Below are positions 38,759-49,139 of a stretch of DNA of 64,000 bases, one piece after another. The DNA comes from Azolla caroliniana. Lineage: Eukaryota; Plantae; Polypodiophyta. Position 1 is the first letter of the stretch. Each line of letters begins with the position of its first letter. The DNA lies in assembly GCA_043228905.1 (NCBI GenBank), contig JBHGNT010000014.1:4154001-4218000 (forward strand), written 5' to 3'. The position numbers were made by a program, and so were the translations under genes. Under the pieces are notes generated by a model. That model did no database searches, was not told the DNA's origin, and was given only the letters and a program-made list of their open reading frames with translations.

Positions 38759-39232
38759 ACGTAGACATATTTTTGGGAGTCAGTGACAGTCGCTCGTATG
38801 AGCATTGAAGTACTTGTCAGTACTTCTGTCAATCCTTTATGGACTTGTATAAAAGTGCTCTTTGAGCACATTCTATGTATAGAGTTATAGAGTGTTATTT
38901 TTTTAATAGAGTTTATGTTTTGCTCTCTCTCTCTCCCATGTATGCGTACTCTGTGTGTGTGTGTTAAGTTTTTCCTTCTCAGCTTCTGTTGCTATCCGGC
39001 TGAGCCGGTTTGTCGAGTGCTTCTGCATGTTTACTTTCACAAGGATAACAAGATTATGACTAATTACCCATGCTTAAAAAAACAATAAACTCTTAGGTTG
39101 AGACAAACACCACGCATTTGTTTACAAGATGTTCCCTCTTCAAAATAGGATCTACAATGAGTGATTACAAATTGCAAATGCAAAGAAATCATGACAAATA
39201 GTTACAAACACGAGAACGTTGCCAAATTTTAG

Positions 39233-39563
39233 AGAAAGAAAGAAAGAAAGAAAGATATATTAACGTCTTCTAAGGCCAAATTTGGCCCATGAGACAATTG
39301 GTTTACAACAAAATGAGTATTTATCCAGTCATCATAACTAAAATAAAATAAAGTAAACATAGAACTTAAGCTAAAAGAGTTCTAGTAGTGTACAATACGT
39401 GGTATACTCGATAAAGGAAGTGACTTTACACTAATCCTAATTTTATTTCCACCCAAGCCTCTCGAAAAGAAGTGGGGGGTCAAAGGGTTTTGATGTGGGT
39501 GTGACCCGTGGTTCCAATGTAGAGAGTGCCCTAGCCATGGCTTCTAGGCGGTGTAGCTCACAT
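39233..39563 (-). mobile_element. RTE-type LINE, 3' end (ORF tail, 3' UTR, (TTTC)n tail)
   Basis: Removing the tandem gypsy and one ACGT copy restores an open frame ..KIRERELHRLEAMARALSTLEP..LGWK* (stop ~39443). GGCCAAATTTGGCC hairpin, then TAATATATC(TTTC)n. Confidence 0.8.
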
Positions 39564-40177
39564 TGTCGTGCCTTTCGGCGCTGGATCATTGCGTGAGTCG
39601 GGTGGGAACCACTGAGGTTTTGGACTAGGAGAAAGAAGAATATGAGATGAGGCTAGTAATGAATAGATTATTAGAAAGAGAGATAGAAATTTCGTGAATC
39701 CCACGAGTGTATTGTATTCGATTAATCAATATTTAGATAAGAATATGTATTTAGATTGAAAGAAAGATATAAGAAACTTGTGAATCCCACAAGTATAGAT
39801 TATATTATTTTCGTGAATCCCACGATTATATTAATCGGTTGGTGTTTTCGGAAATATATCCAATTTCCAAATATTTCACACACCTATTACATTGTGCTCC
39901 CCATCCTTATATAGTGATGGGAGAGACTAAGCATAGCTACATGCTTTTTTCTAATATGTTCATGCACACTAAATGTGCATGTGATGCTTTTCTAATCCTT
40001 GCTTTTATTTGCTAAATATAGTGCTCATGCACGCTAGATGTGCATGAGTTACTTTTTAGTTGCTTGCGTTTTTCTATAAAATATTCACGCACTCTAAAAA
40101 TACATGATTTACCTTTTAATAAAGGTAGGCGCAAATAAAGAACTTATAGTTATTAAATCTATTTGTAGAACACTAAA

Positions 40178-40249
40178 GATAAGGTAGCATAATGGTAAAG
40201 TTGAGGTTTGGCTATGTGGAGGTATAGGGTTTGAATCTTGCCTTATGCA
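40178..40249 (+). ncRNA. tRNA-like Pol III cassette in gypsy LTR (copy 1 of 4)
   Basis: 72 nt. ATAAGG/CCTTAT terminal stem, A box TAGCATAATGG (40185), B box GGTTTGAATC (40228), T-run ~12 nt downstream. The anticodon arm does not fold. Confidence 0.55.
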
Positions 40250-40303
40250 TGTGATAAATATTTTGATATTCTTATTTTATTTATTTATATGTAATTAAAT
40301 CGG

Positions 40304-41851
40304 TTATATTATTTTTACTTTTTCACGTAGTGTACGAAATACACTACGACACTCGCCCGCTCCAAACCCGCACATCCTCCGGTATGCGCCGAAGTTGCCG
40401 ATGCTCGTTGTCTCCCCTTCATCCTCCGTTTGTCCCGCTATGTCAACTTTGTCTCTCCATTTTGAGTAGACCCATTCTTTCCACCCGAACCATTGTCGCC
40501 ATCCGATCCACCATATTCTTTGTTCTCCCTCGTCATATTCTTGGCCCTTGTCATTCGTGGTAGTGTCTTTTACTGGCCTCTTTCTTGTCTTCATCAACCT
40601 TGACTTTTTTCCGGATCGCTCTCGTCTGATCGACTTTCGGTTTGATCGGCTTCTGATTGGATTCGTATTTGGCCGAATCAGAATCGGTTGTTCGGTTTCG
40701 ATTGAGTCGGTCTCCTTCCGGCCCGGTTTCGATCTATCGGTTTCGGTTTCGGTTGGCTTTCTTTTCCTCGTTTTCACCAGCCTCGACCGGTCCAACCTCC
40801 GGTTGAGTCGTATTAGCTTCTTTCCGGATCGGTCTCGTCCGATCGGCTTTCGGCTAGGTCGGCTTCCATCCATATTCGCGTTTGGCCAAGTCAGACTCGG
40901 TCGATCGGTTTTGACCGAGTCAACCCCTTTTTGGGTCGGCTTTCTTTCGGGTCGTCTTTTGGCCGAATCCTCTTTCACCTGGTTCGGCTTTCGTTTGTGT
41001 CGTCTTTCGGCCGAAATCTCTTCCTTTCGGTTCGGCTTTCTTTCGGGTCGACTTTCGGTCGAATCCTCTTTTACCCGGTTCGGCTTTCTTTCGGATCGGA
41101 ATCCCGTCCGGATCACCTTCCATCCGAACCGGCTTCCGACTTTACCTTTCTTGCTGCCACCTCCCGTCTCTCCGGTCTCACGTTGGTTCTCGGACACAAC
41201 CGCCGAAGTCTCTAGAATTAGTGGGTAGGAATCCTCGGTATTATCATCCTCCGTTGTTTCACCCATAGCCATATTCTCAGCTATCTCTCCGTCATACGCA
41301 TCGACTTCGACCTTTGTTTTCTCTCCGCCACCTTCCGTCTCTTCGGTCTCACGTTGCCTTTCGAACGCAACCGCCGGAGTCTTTGGAATCAGTGGTGGGG
41401 AAGTCTCGATATGGCCATCTGTCATTGATTCGTCCATAGCAACCTTCGATTCGATGTCATCTTTCGTGGTGACCTCCTCAATCAAGTCCTCATTGCTCTC
41501 TTTCACTGCATCAATCATGCTTACCCCTTTTTCACCCGATGTTTCAGACACTTGTATTCCGAAATCTTCTTCTACACTTGGGTTATCGGCCTTATCCTTC
41601 GTCGTTGTTCTTTCGCAAGACAAGAGGGTAGCTTGTTTTACACCCTCTTCCGTCGCACCATCATGTTGTATTTTGGCCTTCATATCGGCTCCATCGTTTG
41701 TCTTCAATCGACCATCCTTCATTGGCCATGTCGTTGACAAGATTCTCATCTTCCTCTCATCATGTCTCCGGCATACCCTTTGGACTTCGGCCCAATCTTC
41801 GGTAAGACCATTCGTACCGTCATCGTCTTCGAGTTCGATCCCGATCTCCAT
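40304..41851 (-). CDS. 515-aa ORF of the pol-less gypsy unit: gag C-part followed by an acidic, then basic, repeat-rich region
   Basis: From the ORF track. The N-terminus (ELEDDDGTNGLTEDWAEVQRVCRRHDER) aligns with gag of element 1 (LLLETD*GLTTNWAMVKGVCSHFDKR). Contains 16-aa RKPN repeats. The end matches the post-integrase tail. Confidence 0.6.
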   Translation of the reverse strand: MEIGIELEDDDGTNGLTEDWAEVQRVCRRHDERKMRILSTTWPMKDGRLKTNDGADMKAKIQHDGATEEGVKQATLLSCERTTTKDKADNPSVEEDFGIQVSETSGEKGVSMIDAVKESNEDLIEEVTTKDDIESKVAMDESMTDGHIETSPPLIPKTPAVAFERQRETEETEGGGEKTKVEVDAYDGEIAENMAMGETTEDDNTEDSYPLILETSAVVSENQRETGETGGGSKKGKVGSRFGWKVIRTGFRSERKPNRVKEDSTESRPERKPNRKEEISAERRHKRKPNQVKEDSAKRRPERKPTQKGVDSVKTDRPSLTWPNANMDGSRPSRKPIGRDRSGKKLIRLNRRLDRSRLVKTRKRKPTETETDRSKPGRKETDSIETEQPILIRPNTNPIRSRSNRKSIRRERSGKKSRLMKTRKRPVKDTTTNDKGQEYDEGEQRIWWIGWRQWFGWKEWVYSKWRDKVDIAGQTEDEGETTSIGNFGAYRRMCGFGAGECRSVFRTLREKVKII

Positions 41852-42943
41852 CCTTTCTTTTCAATCGATCGATTTTACGAACATTAGGACTTTATCCTCC
41901 CCCACCAATTGTTGTTCCCGCTCCGAGAGTCGAGCAAGACGATGCTCGAACTCTAGGAATGCTTGTGTTGCACTTCGGTGGGTCTTCTCCGATGCCACCC
42001 ATTCGTCAAACTTGCGTCGATCTCTCGTAGTCATATGCCTCTCGTAAAGCTTCTTCAAATGACCCCCATGTTGGATTTTGTTGCCGTATCTTGTAGATTC
42101 TTTCTTGTAACTCATCCATGGCTACCCGACTGAAGGGTATCACTTGCAATCCTTCCGGTATCCACATCGCATCATCTCCCCTTTGTAGTCACGTAGATAG
42201 CGTGACACATCATTTCCGTTGAATTCCCCATTTCGTCGCACAAGCCGCTCTACTGCCGCCTTCATCTTCGTCATCGCGTGTTGTTCTTGTTGCATCCGCT
42301 CAACCATCATCATCATCATGTTCATCGCCTCTTGTTGATTCTCCATCCCCTTGCCACCCGCCTTCACGTCGGGTTCACCACTTGTGTCAACTGTGTCGTG
42401 CCCTTCGGCTCCGGATTGTTACGTGAGTCGGGTGGGAACCGCCGAGGTTTTGGACTAGGAGGAAGAAAAATACAAATAAGGCTAGTAAAGAATAGGTATA
42501 AAGAGTTATAAGATAAGAATCTCGTGAATCCCATGAGTTTAGTATATTTAGTCAATATTTAGGTAGTAAGAGAGAATTATTTTAACAAATTCGTGAATCC
42601 CACGAATATTTTAGATTGATTGATCATTATAGAAAAAAAATCAACAAAAACTACAATGTGCTCCCCATCCTTATATAGTGATGGGAGAGACTAAGCATAG
42701 CTACATGCTTTTTTTTCTAATATGTTCACGCACACTAAATGTGCATGTGATGCTTTTCTAATCCTTGCTTTTATTTGCTAAATATAGTGCTCATGCATGC
42801 TAGATGTGCATGAGTCACTTTTTAGTTGCTTGCGTTTTTCTATAAAATATTCACGCACTCTAAAAATGCATGATTTACCTTTTAATAAAGGTAGGCGCAA
42901 ATAAAGCACTTATAGTTATTAAATCTATTTTTAGAATAGTAAA

Positions 42944-43015
42944 GATAAAGTAGCATAATGGTAAAGTTGAGGTTTGGTTATGTGGAGGTATAGGGTTCAA
43001 ATCTTGCCTTATGCA
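42944..43015 (+). ncRNA. tRNA-like Pol III cassette in gypsy LTR (copy 2)
   Basis: A box TAGCATAATGG at 42951, B box GGTTCAAATC at 42994. Confidence 0.55.
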
Positions 43016-46000
43016 CGTGATAAATATTTTGATATATTATTTATTTATTTATATGTATCTAAAATCGGATATATTATTTTATGGTTTTCACGTAGTGTGT
43101 GGAATACACTACGACACTCGCCCTCTCCGAACCCGCACATCCTCCGGTATGTGCCGAAGTTCTCGATTTCTCATATCCGTCTTCACCCAAAGCTTCCTCC
43201 GATTCTCCCCTAATGTCGACTATGAGTTGTAATTCACTTTCTTCGCTTCCCGCATCACCGTGGTCTTCGTCCGATTGCTCCTCGTTGTCGGCCTTAGCTT
43301 GGATCACATAGGCTTTGTCGTCAGTCCGCTTCTTGAAAATCTTCACCCGCTTCCCGGCTATAGGCACTCGTAGTATTGTTCCATCCAACTCGAATAGTCG
43401 GTACGTTCCGTTGTCGAAGACTTTCCGAACCTCGTATGGCCCGAACCACCTTTTCGCGAATTTCCGCATCGTTGTATGTTGATGGTCCAAACTACTGTCA
43501 TAGACGATCACCCAATCTCCTTCTTCAATCCTCCTTGGTCTTAGTTGGTGCTTTGTGTCAAACCGGCTTTTGTTCCGGAATCGTGCTTCTTGTTGTCGGC
43601 GTATTGCTTCCGCTATGTTTGCCGGTCTTCCCTCTAGTTGTCGTATCCGAACCGCTAGTAGTTCTTCCCGGCTCATCTCTTCCTTCCACGGTAGCACTGT
43701 CCATGTTGTGATCGCGGTTTCCGTCGGCATTACTGGTGCTTGTCCGGTCATGAGTTCTGTCGGCATGTAACCGGTTACGGAGCTATGCGTCATCCGATCC
43801 GCCCATAGTGCATATGGAAGCATCTGCGACCAGTCCTTCACCTTTCCATCGCATGCCTTCGCAAGTGCTTTCATGATCGGACTATGTCCTCGTTCGATTT
43901 TCCCGTTGGCCTCCGGATTGTATGCCGTTGTTAGCGATAACCGAACTCCGTGTTTGGCGAAGAATCCCCTAGTTTTGTCCGAGTCAAGTTCTCCCCGGTC
44001 CGCAATCACTTGTCCTACGCACCCGTACCTGCAAAATACTTCCTCCAAAAGAAATTGGCATACCGCAGAACACGTTTTCCTCTGAAGCGCTCGACCTTCT
44101 ACTTGATTCGTGAGATCTTCCCGAGCTAATACCAAGTATTTCTTTTGTCCGATCCCGGTCGGCATGGCCACTATGTCGACCATCCACTTGAAGTTGATTG
44201 TCGGTGAGTATGTCGGATGTAACTCATCTCGATGTCGAACCCCGGAGTAGACTTGACATTTCTCGCAGCTTTCCGTGAACTCTGCGACATCTTTGTACAT
44301 TTTCTTCCACCAATATTTTTGCTTGATCTTCACAAATGTTGCCCATGTTCCTCGGTGTCCAGCCCAATCGGATTCGTGAAACTCGGACATCATCCGGTTT
44401 CGTTGCTCTTTTGTCCCGACTACTCGAAGTGGTATACCATCCGGTCTTTTCGGCGCCCTCCATATTAATCCGTTTTCCAAGAAGAACTTTTGGACTTGCC
44501 TCTTCTTCCTTCGGATCTCGGCTCTTCTTCCTTTATCGTTTGTTGAATCCTCGGCCTCTTGTAACATCTTTCCGATCATCAAGCTTTCTCCCTCGTATTC
44601 TTCTTCCCGGAATTCTCGGATTACGTTCACTCGGCATATGTGCTCCGACGCTAAGTAGTCTTCGGAAACTTCTTCATTATCCGATTCGGTTATGTCGTCT
44701 CCGAACCGAGCCCTTGATAACATATCCGCTACCGCGTTGTCCTTCCCCGAGATGTGTCGAACCTTTGGATTAAGCGACTTGACATATGCAACCCACCTTA
44801 GCATAGCTACATCCGGTATCGTACAACACCGCATCATCCCGAGTATCGGAAGACAATTCGTCTCGATCACCACTTCGGCTCCGATCAAATAATCCCGATC
44901 CGATTTTATCGCCGACACGACTCTCCACAGTTCTCTTTTGACTTGTGCATATCCACGTTGCCTTTCGTTGAGAACTTTTGCTCCGAATCGGATCGGGATA
45001 CCGCGAACCATCCGAGTCGGCTTGATTGATGACCCACCCGATACCGGTTGGACTTGTATCAACCGTTACTATGATCGGTCGGTCGTTGCTTGGCTTCTTA
45101 AGTGCTTCCGCTCTCCGAAGTGTCTTCTTCAATTTCTTCATGGCTTTGGTGTGTTCCGGTTTCCATTCGAATTTCTTACCTTTCCGCAACAAGTGGTAGA
45201 GCGGGTCCGCTATATGTGCATAGTGCGGAATCCATATGTGATAGAATGCACATGCACCGAGAAACCTTCGGACTTCGGATGTTGACTCGCATACTTCCTC
45301 CATAGCTTGAATCGCATCGATCTTTGTTGGTGACGGTCTTCGGCCGTAGGGCCCACATAGATGTCCGACCACCAATATTTCTTCTTGCCCGAATGCCGAT
45401 TTCTCCCCGGAAAGTGTTAGGTGCACATCTTCTAGCTTTTGCAACACTTTCTCGCAATCATGAATATGGTCGACCATGAACTTTCGGCCTCCCCGATCAT
45501 CCATAGTCTCATCTTTTTCTTCTACCGCGCATCCTTTCATCGGAATGTCATCGAGGAACGGCATCGTTATCTCCGGAATGCAGTCTCGAAGCACCTTGTT
45601 CATCGCGTTCATCATATGAGCAACTGAGTTTGTCGCTCCTTGTGGTAGTGTGCACATTCGGACTAATCCTATCGGTGTTCGCATGGTTGTGATGTCTCGG
45701 CTCTCCACGGCTAGTTGGAATTGGTCATACCCCGAGTATAGGTCTCCGATGGAGTATATCGCACGACCGGAAAAAGCTTCCGCAAATTCGTCCACTATCG
45801 GACCGACTCCCAAGTTCCGGATCGTGACCTTATTCACAGGTTGCAAGTCTTGGATAAATCAGAGTGACCCATTCTTCTTCGGAACCGTAAACCATCGATT
45901 TGAGTACGGAGCAGTTGATGGCTCTAGAATCCCCATCGCCACCTTCTCCTTGAGCAAGTCAATGACTTTTGGAATATGCGCTCGCTGCACCGGAATCGGC

Positions 46001-46490
46001 TTCAGGTTCCACGGTACATGGTCAATCGTGAAGATCACCATCGGCTCCACTATTCTCGGACTTCCGAAGTGTTGGATCTCCCGAGACTTCTTTCCTCTTT
46101 GTTCGCTATCGGCGGGTAGTGGTCCCGCGGCCGGTTTCACCTTCTTCTCCATGGTCTTGTATGTCGTACTTACCATTGCTTCTTCTTTGCGGAGCGTATC
46201 CGGCTCCATTTTCGCAATGATCTCGTACATCTCGACCGATTCCACCGGGACTACCTGGTTCCCTTGGCTTTTAACTTCCGCAAGCTCTTCAAGTCGTTGT
46301 AGTGTGCTCCCATAGAACACTTCTTCGACTATCCCTATGATTTCTTCATCTTCTTTTATTATTGATGCCGACCGCAACTTATCCTCCACTTGTCGGTATC
46401 CTTTCTTCAAACCTCCGGTTACGGTCGTGTACGTAAATGCCCCATCCGGACCTATTCGTACATGTTTTGCTCCAAGAGTTTTCTTCCTGT

Positions 46491-46554
46491 GTGGGGTATC
46501 AGGGCTTCTCGGACTATCACTTCCCCACTTCGCAACAGTCCGCTTTAAAAATCC
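46491..46554 (-). promoter_or_regulatory. Putative -1 ribosomal frameshift signal (G GAU UUU + UAA + H-type pseudoknot)
   Basis: Slippery site 46554-46548, 5-nt spacer. Stem 1 CGGACTGTTGC/GTGATAGTCCG; stem 2 GTGGGG/CCCCAC. The -1 frame is open into ORF 45859-46410. Confidence 0.78.
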
Positions 46555-47768
46555 ATTCTCACTTGGGACAAGAGTTACCTCTTGTTCCTTTCATGATTTG
46601 CCGGCACCGTTAGGAATTGGACGGATTTCCCACTGTTTTGGCTCCGAATTTGTGCAGAAGCCGCACCGCTATCGAGCACCTTCGTCTCCATCCGTGATGC
46701 CGTGTTAAAGGGTTGGCCAAGGATGACGGAATGTGAAACCTCATCTTGCACGAAGAAATTTTGGTCAATCTCGACATCCCCGATCTTCACCGTCACATTC
46801 GGACAAGCCGCAAATAGATCTTCCGTTGCTTTGGTGGCCGCCCGAATCTTCCATCCATGGTTGGTGTTAATAGGCCACTTCCCCTTCCGGTAGAACTCCT
46901 TGGACATCAAGTTGATCTCTGATCCGTGATCAATCAATGCTAGCACGGGTTCTTTGATGTTGCCGATTCGGACCGGAGTCTCCGTAATCGCGCGTGCCCA
47001 ATGTGGCCTTGTATAGTTAGTGGGAGTTCAGAATTTCGTCCTCCACTTCGGTGTCGTTCATTAAAACGGTGTTCGCATTCACCCTTGGAGCATTTTCCTC
47101 CGTACTTTGTCTTTTACGCTTCACGAGATCCACGAGAAGATCGTGGAACTCCTTCTTTGCTATTCCGAGTAGCTCCCGAAGCGAGAAATCTACTCGGCTA
47201 TCCAAGATTCTTTCCTCGAACACTCTTTTCAAGTTGGTTTGTTGTTCTATGTCCAAGGCGGGCTTGAATGCCGGAGTCTCCTTTTCTTTTCCCTTACCTC
47301 CGGAGTTCCAGCTTTCCGGTATCTTCGATGGCCCAGCCGCATCCTCCGTGCGTCGTCGTTTCTCGTCCACATACACCTTATGCAATTGACATAGGGCGTA
47401 TACGCTATTCTTGTCGACAGGGCACTCCCATCCCGTAGCTTCCCGGACGCCTTCCGCGGTGCTTCGGATCTCGTTGGAGTCGGTTTTCTCGGTGTTTTCT
47501 AGAACTTCCGGCCAAAAAGACGTCTTTGCTCTCGATGACTCCCTGACACATATTCCCGCGGTTGTCGCATAGTTGCTTCTTGCTGCCAATTCCTCCTCGA
47601 GCACCTTCTTCATGCCGCCTTTCCGGAAGTTCGGTCGGAGTGGTTTTTAGCTGCTTGCGTTTTTCTATAAAATATTCACGCACTCTAAAAATGCATGATT
47701 TACCTTTTAATAAAGGTAGGCGCAAATAAAGCACTTATAGTTATTAAATCTATTTTTAGAACAGTAAA

Positions 47769-47840
47769 GATAAGGTAGCATAATGGTAAAGTTGAGGTTT
47801 GGCTACGTGGAGGTATAGGGTTCAAATCTTGCCTTATGCA
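47769..47840 (+). ncRNA. tRNA-like Pol III cassette in gypsy LTR (copy 3)
   Basis: GATAAGG TAGCATAATGG ... GGTTCAAATC TTGCCTTATGCA. Confidence 0.55.
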
Positions 47841-47941
47841 CGTGATAAATATTTTGATATATTATTTATTTATTTATATGTATCTAAAATCGGATATATT
47901 ATTTTATGGTTTTCACGTAGTGTGTGGAATACACTACGACA

Positions 47942-49139
47942 ACGTTCCCTTATTTTCATTATTGCTTCCACACCACGTCGAGTTGCTTTGAAACCCGGCA
48001 CTCGAGGACGTTTGGTTCTTCTTTGGTTTTTTGCCTTATCAAGGGAAAGGCCAAGTGGTGCAAGTGTGTCGACATTTGTTGGCTCCCCCTGTTCCTGAAA
48101 AACTTCATTTGTTACATGTTGGTGAACATTAACAACATTATTGTCAACATTTTGTAACTTATTCTCTTTGTGTTGTTTTAGCTCTAGAATGTATTTGCCT
48201 AATTTCTTTATATCTAGAGTATCTAATAGTTTGGGGAGGGTGGGAGAGGAACCAAGTATGTCTTGGTATTTTGCCCTTATCTCAGCGTAGATTGGGCACT
48301 TGCATGTAAAGTGATACTCATCCTCTATCTCTATGTGACATAACCTACATATCCTTTCCTCCCTAGGGACTCCATTAGTACGACCATTCTCAATCTCAAG
48401 TTGGTGAGATGATATTCTAAGTTGTCCAATGAAAACCCTTACTGCATGTGGTAAGAATACATCCAGATATTTTGGCCGTGTGATAAAACCTAACTCAGAG
48501 AAGTGTATGAAGTGTTCCTTATAGTACAACATTTTAGATGGGAGTGGCTCTCGTGGGGTGATCCATTTATACCGAGTGTAAATTTGCCATATGTCTTGGC
48601 GTATTGCTTTATTGCGGTCCTCATGAGAGATTAAAGTGTTATCAATCGTGTGGTTGAACCTAAGGGGAGGTAAGTTATTAATGTCTAGACCATTCACAAG
48701 AAGCCAACTCACCATCATGCCATACCATGAGCTAGTATAGCCGAACTCATACAATGATCAAGAGACCTTAAAGGCTTGATGAGATATTCTATCATGTGGT
48801 TGGCTATGTATCCTATAAAGAAAGACCACAAGTTGGAAAAGTGCCTCTACTAACATTGGGGGTAACGTGAACTCAACCCTAATAATGTCATGTGGTACTA
48901 TCGATTTGCTTCGGAGTTGGCGTGATAACATCATCACCAATGGTCTCTCTAATTGCGTCCACATGAAAGATGGTAATCCTGGAGCCCAAACCGCTGATGC
49001 ATACATAAGGGAGGGGGTCACTAATGAGTCAAAGAGCCACCCTTTAGTCCGTGGCTCTTGAAAGTATGCTTGGTGGCATTGTCTCTCTAGGAGTGAGAGG
49101 GATGTATGTCCTCTCGTAAGTCTATCCTTCGCTGCCCGT
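47942..49139 (-). mobile_element. RTE-type LINE, ORF2 C-terminal part
   Basis: GWLFDSLVTPSLMYASAVW, QLRISSHQLEIENGR..REERICRLC..EDEYHFTCKCP (C-terminal Cys/His motif). Confidence 0.88.

Larger units (their letters stand above)
25127..39041 (+). mobile_element. Internally deleted Ty1/copia LTR retrotransposon, host of a LINE, a gypsy and an inversion
   Basis: Starts TGTTGAGCG (25127) and ends CTTTCACA (39041). TSD AAGAT/AGGAT. 5' LTR = 25127-25450 plus 33024-33150 (inverted). PBS TGGTATCAGAGC (tRNA-iMet) at 33023-33012. RNase H remnant ([33 protein letters not shown]) at 32686-32995. PPT 32057-32050. 3' LTR = 31912-32049 (inverted) plus 38759-39041. Confidence 0.88.
39564..47941 (-). mobile_element. 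Ty3/gypsy element 2: tandem three-LTR structure (pol-bearing unit 43117-47640 plus gag-only unit 40352-42393)
   Basis: LTRs at 39564-40351, 42394-43116 and a partial one at 47641-47941, with ends TGTCGTAG...CACGACA. TSD ACAT/ACGT. The middle LTR has a PPT on one side and the tRNA-Trp PBS TGGTGAACCCGACGTGAA (42380-42363) on the other. Pol: LIDHGSEINL, IGDLYSGYDQ, PFLDD, VDTSPTG, integrase ORF 43074-45062. Confidence 0.92.

Noticed and set aside
40178-40249. Functional tRNA genes in the LTRs
   Set aside because: No pairing anticodon stem and a poor T-stem. Kept only as tRNA-like Pol III cassettes.
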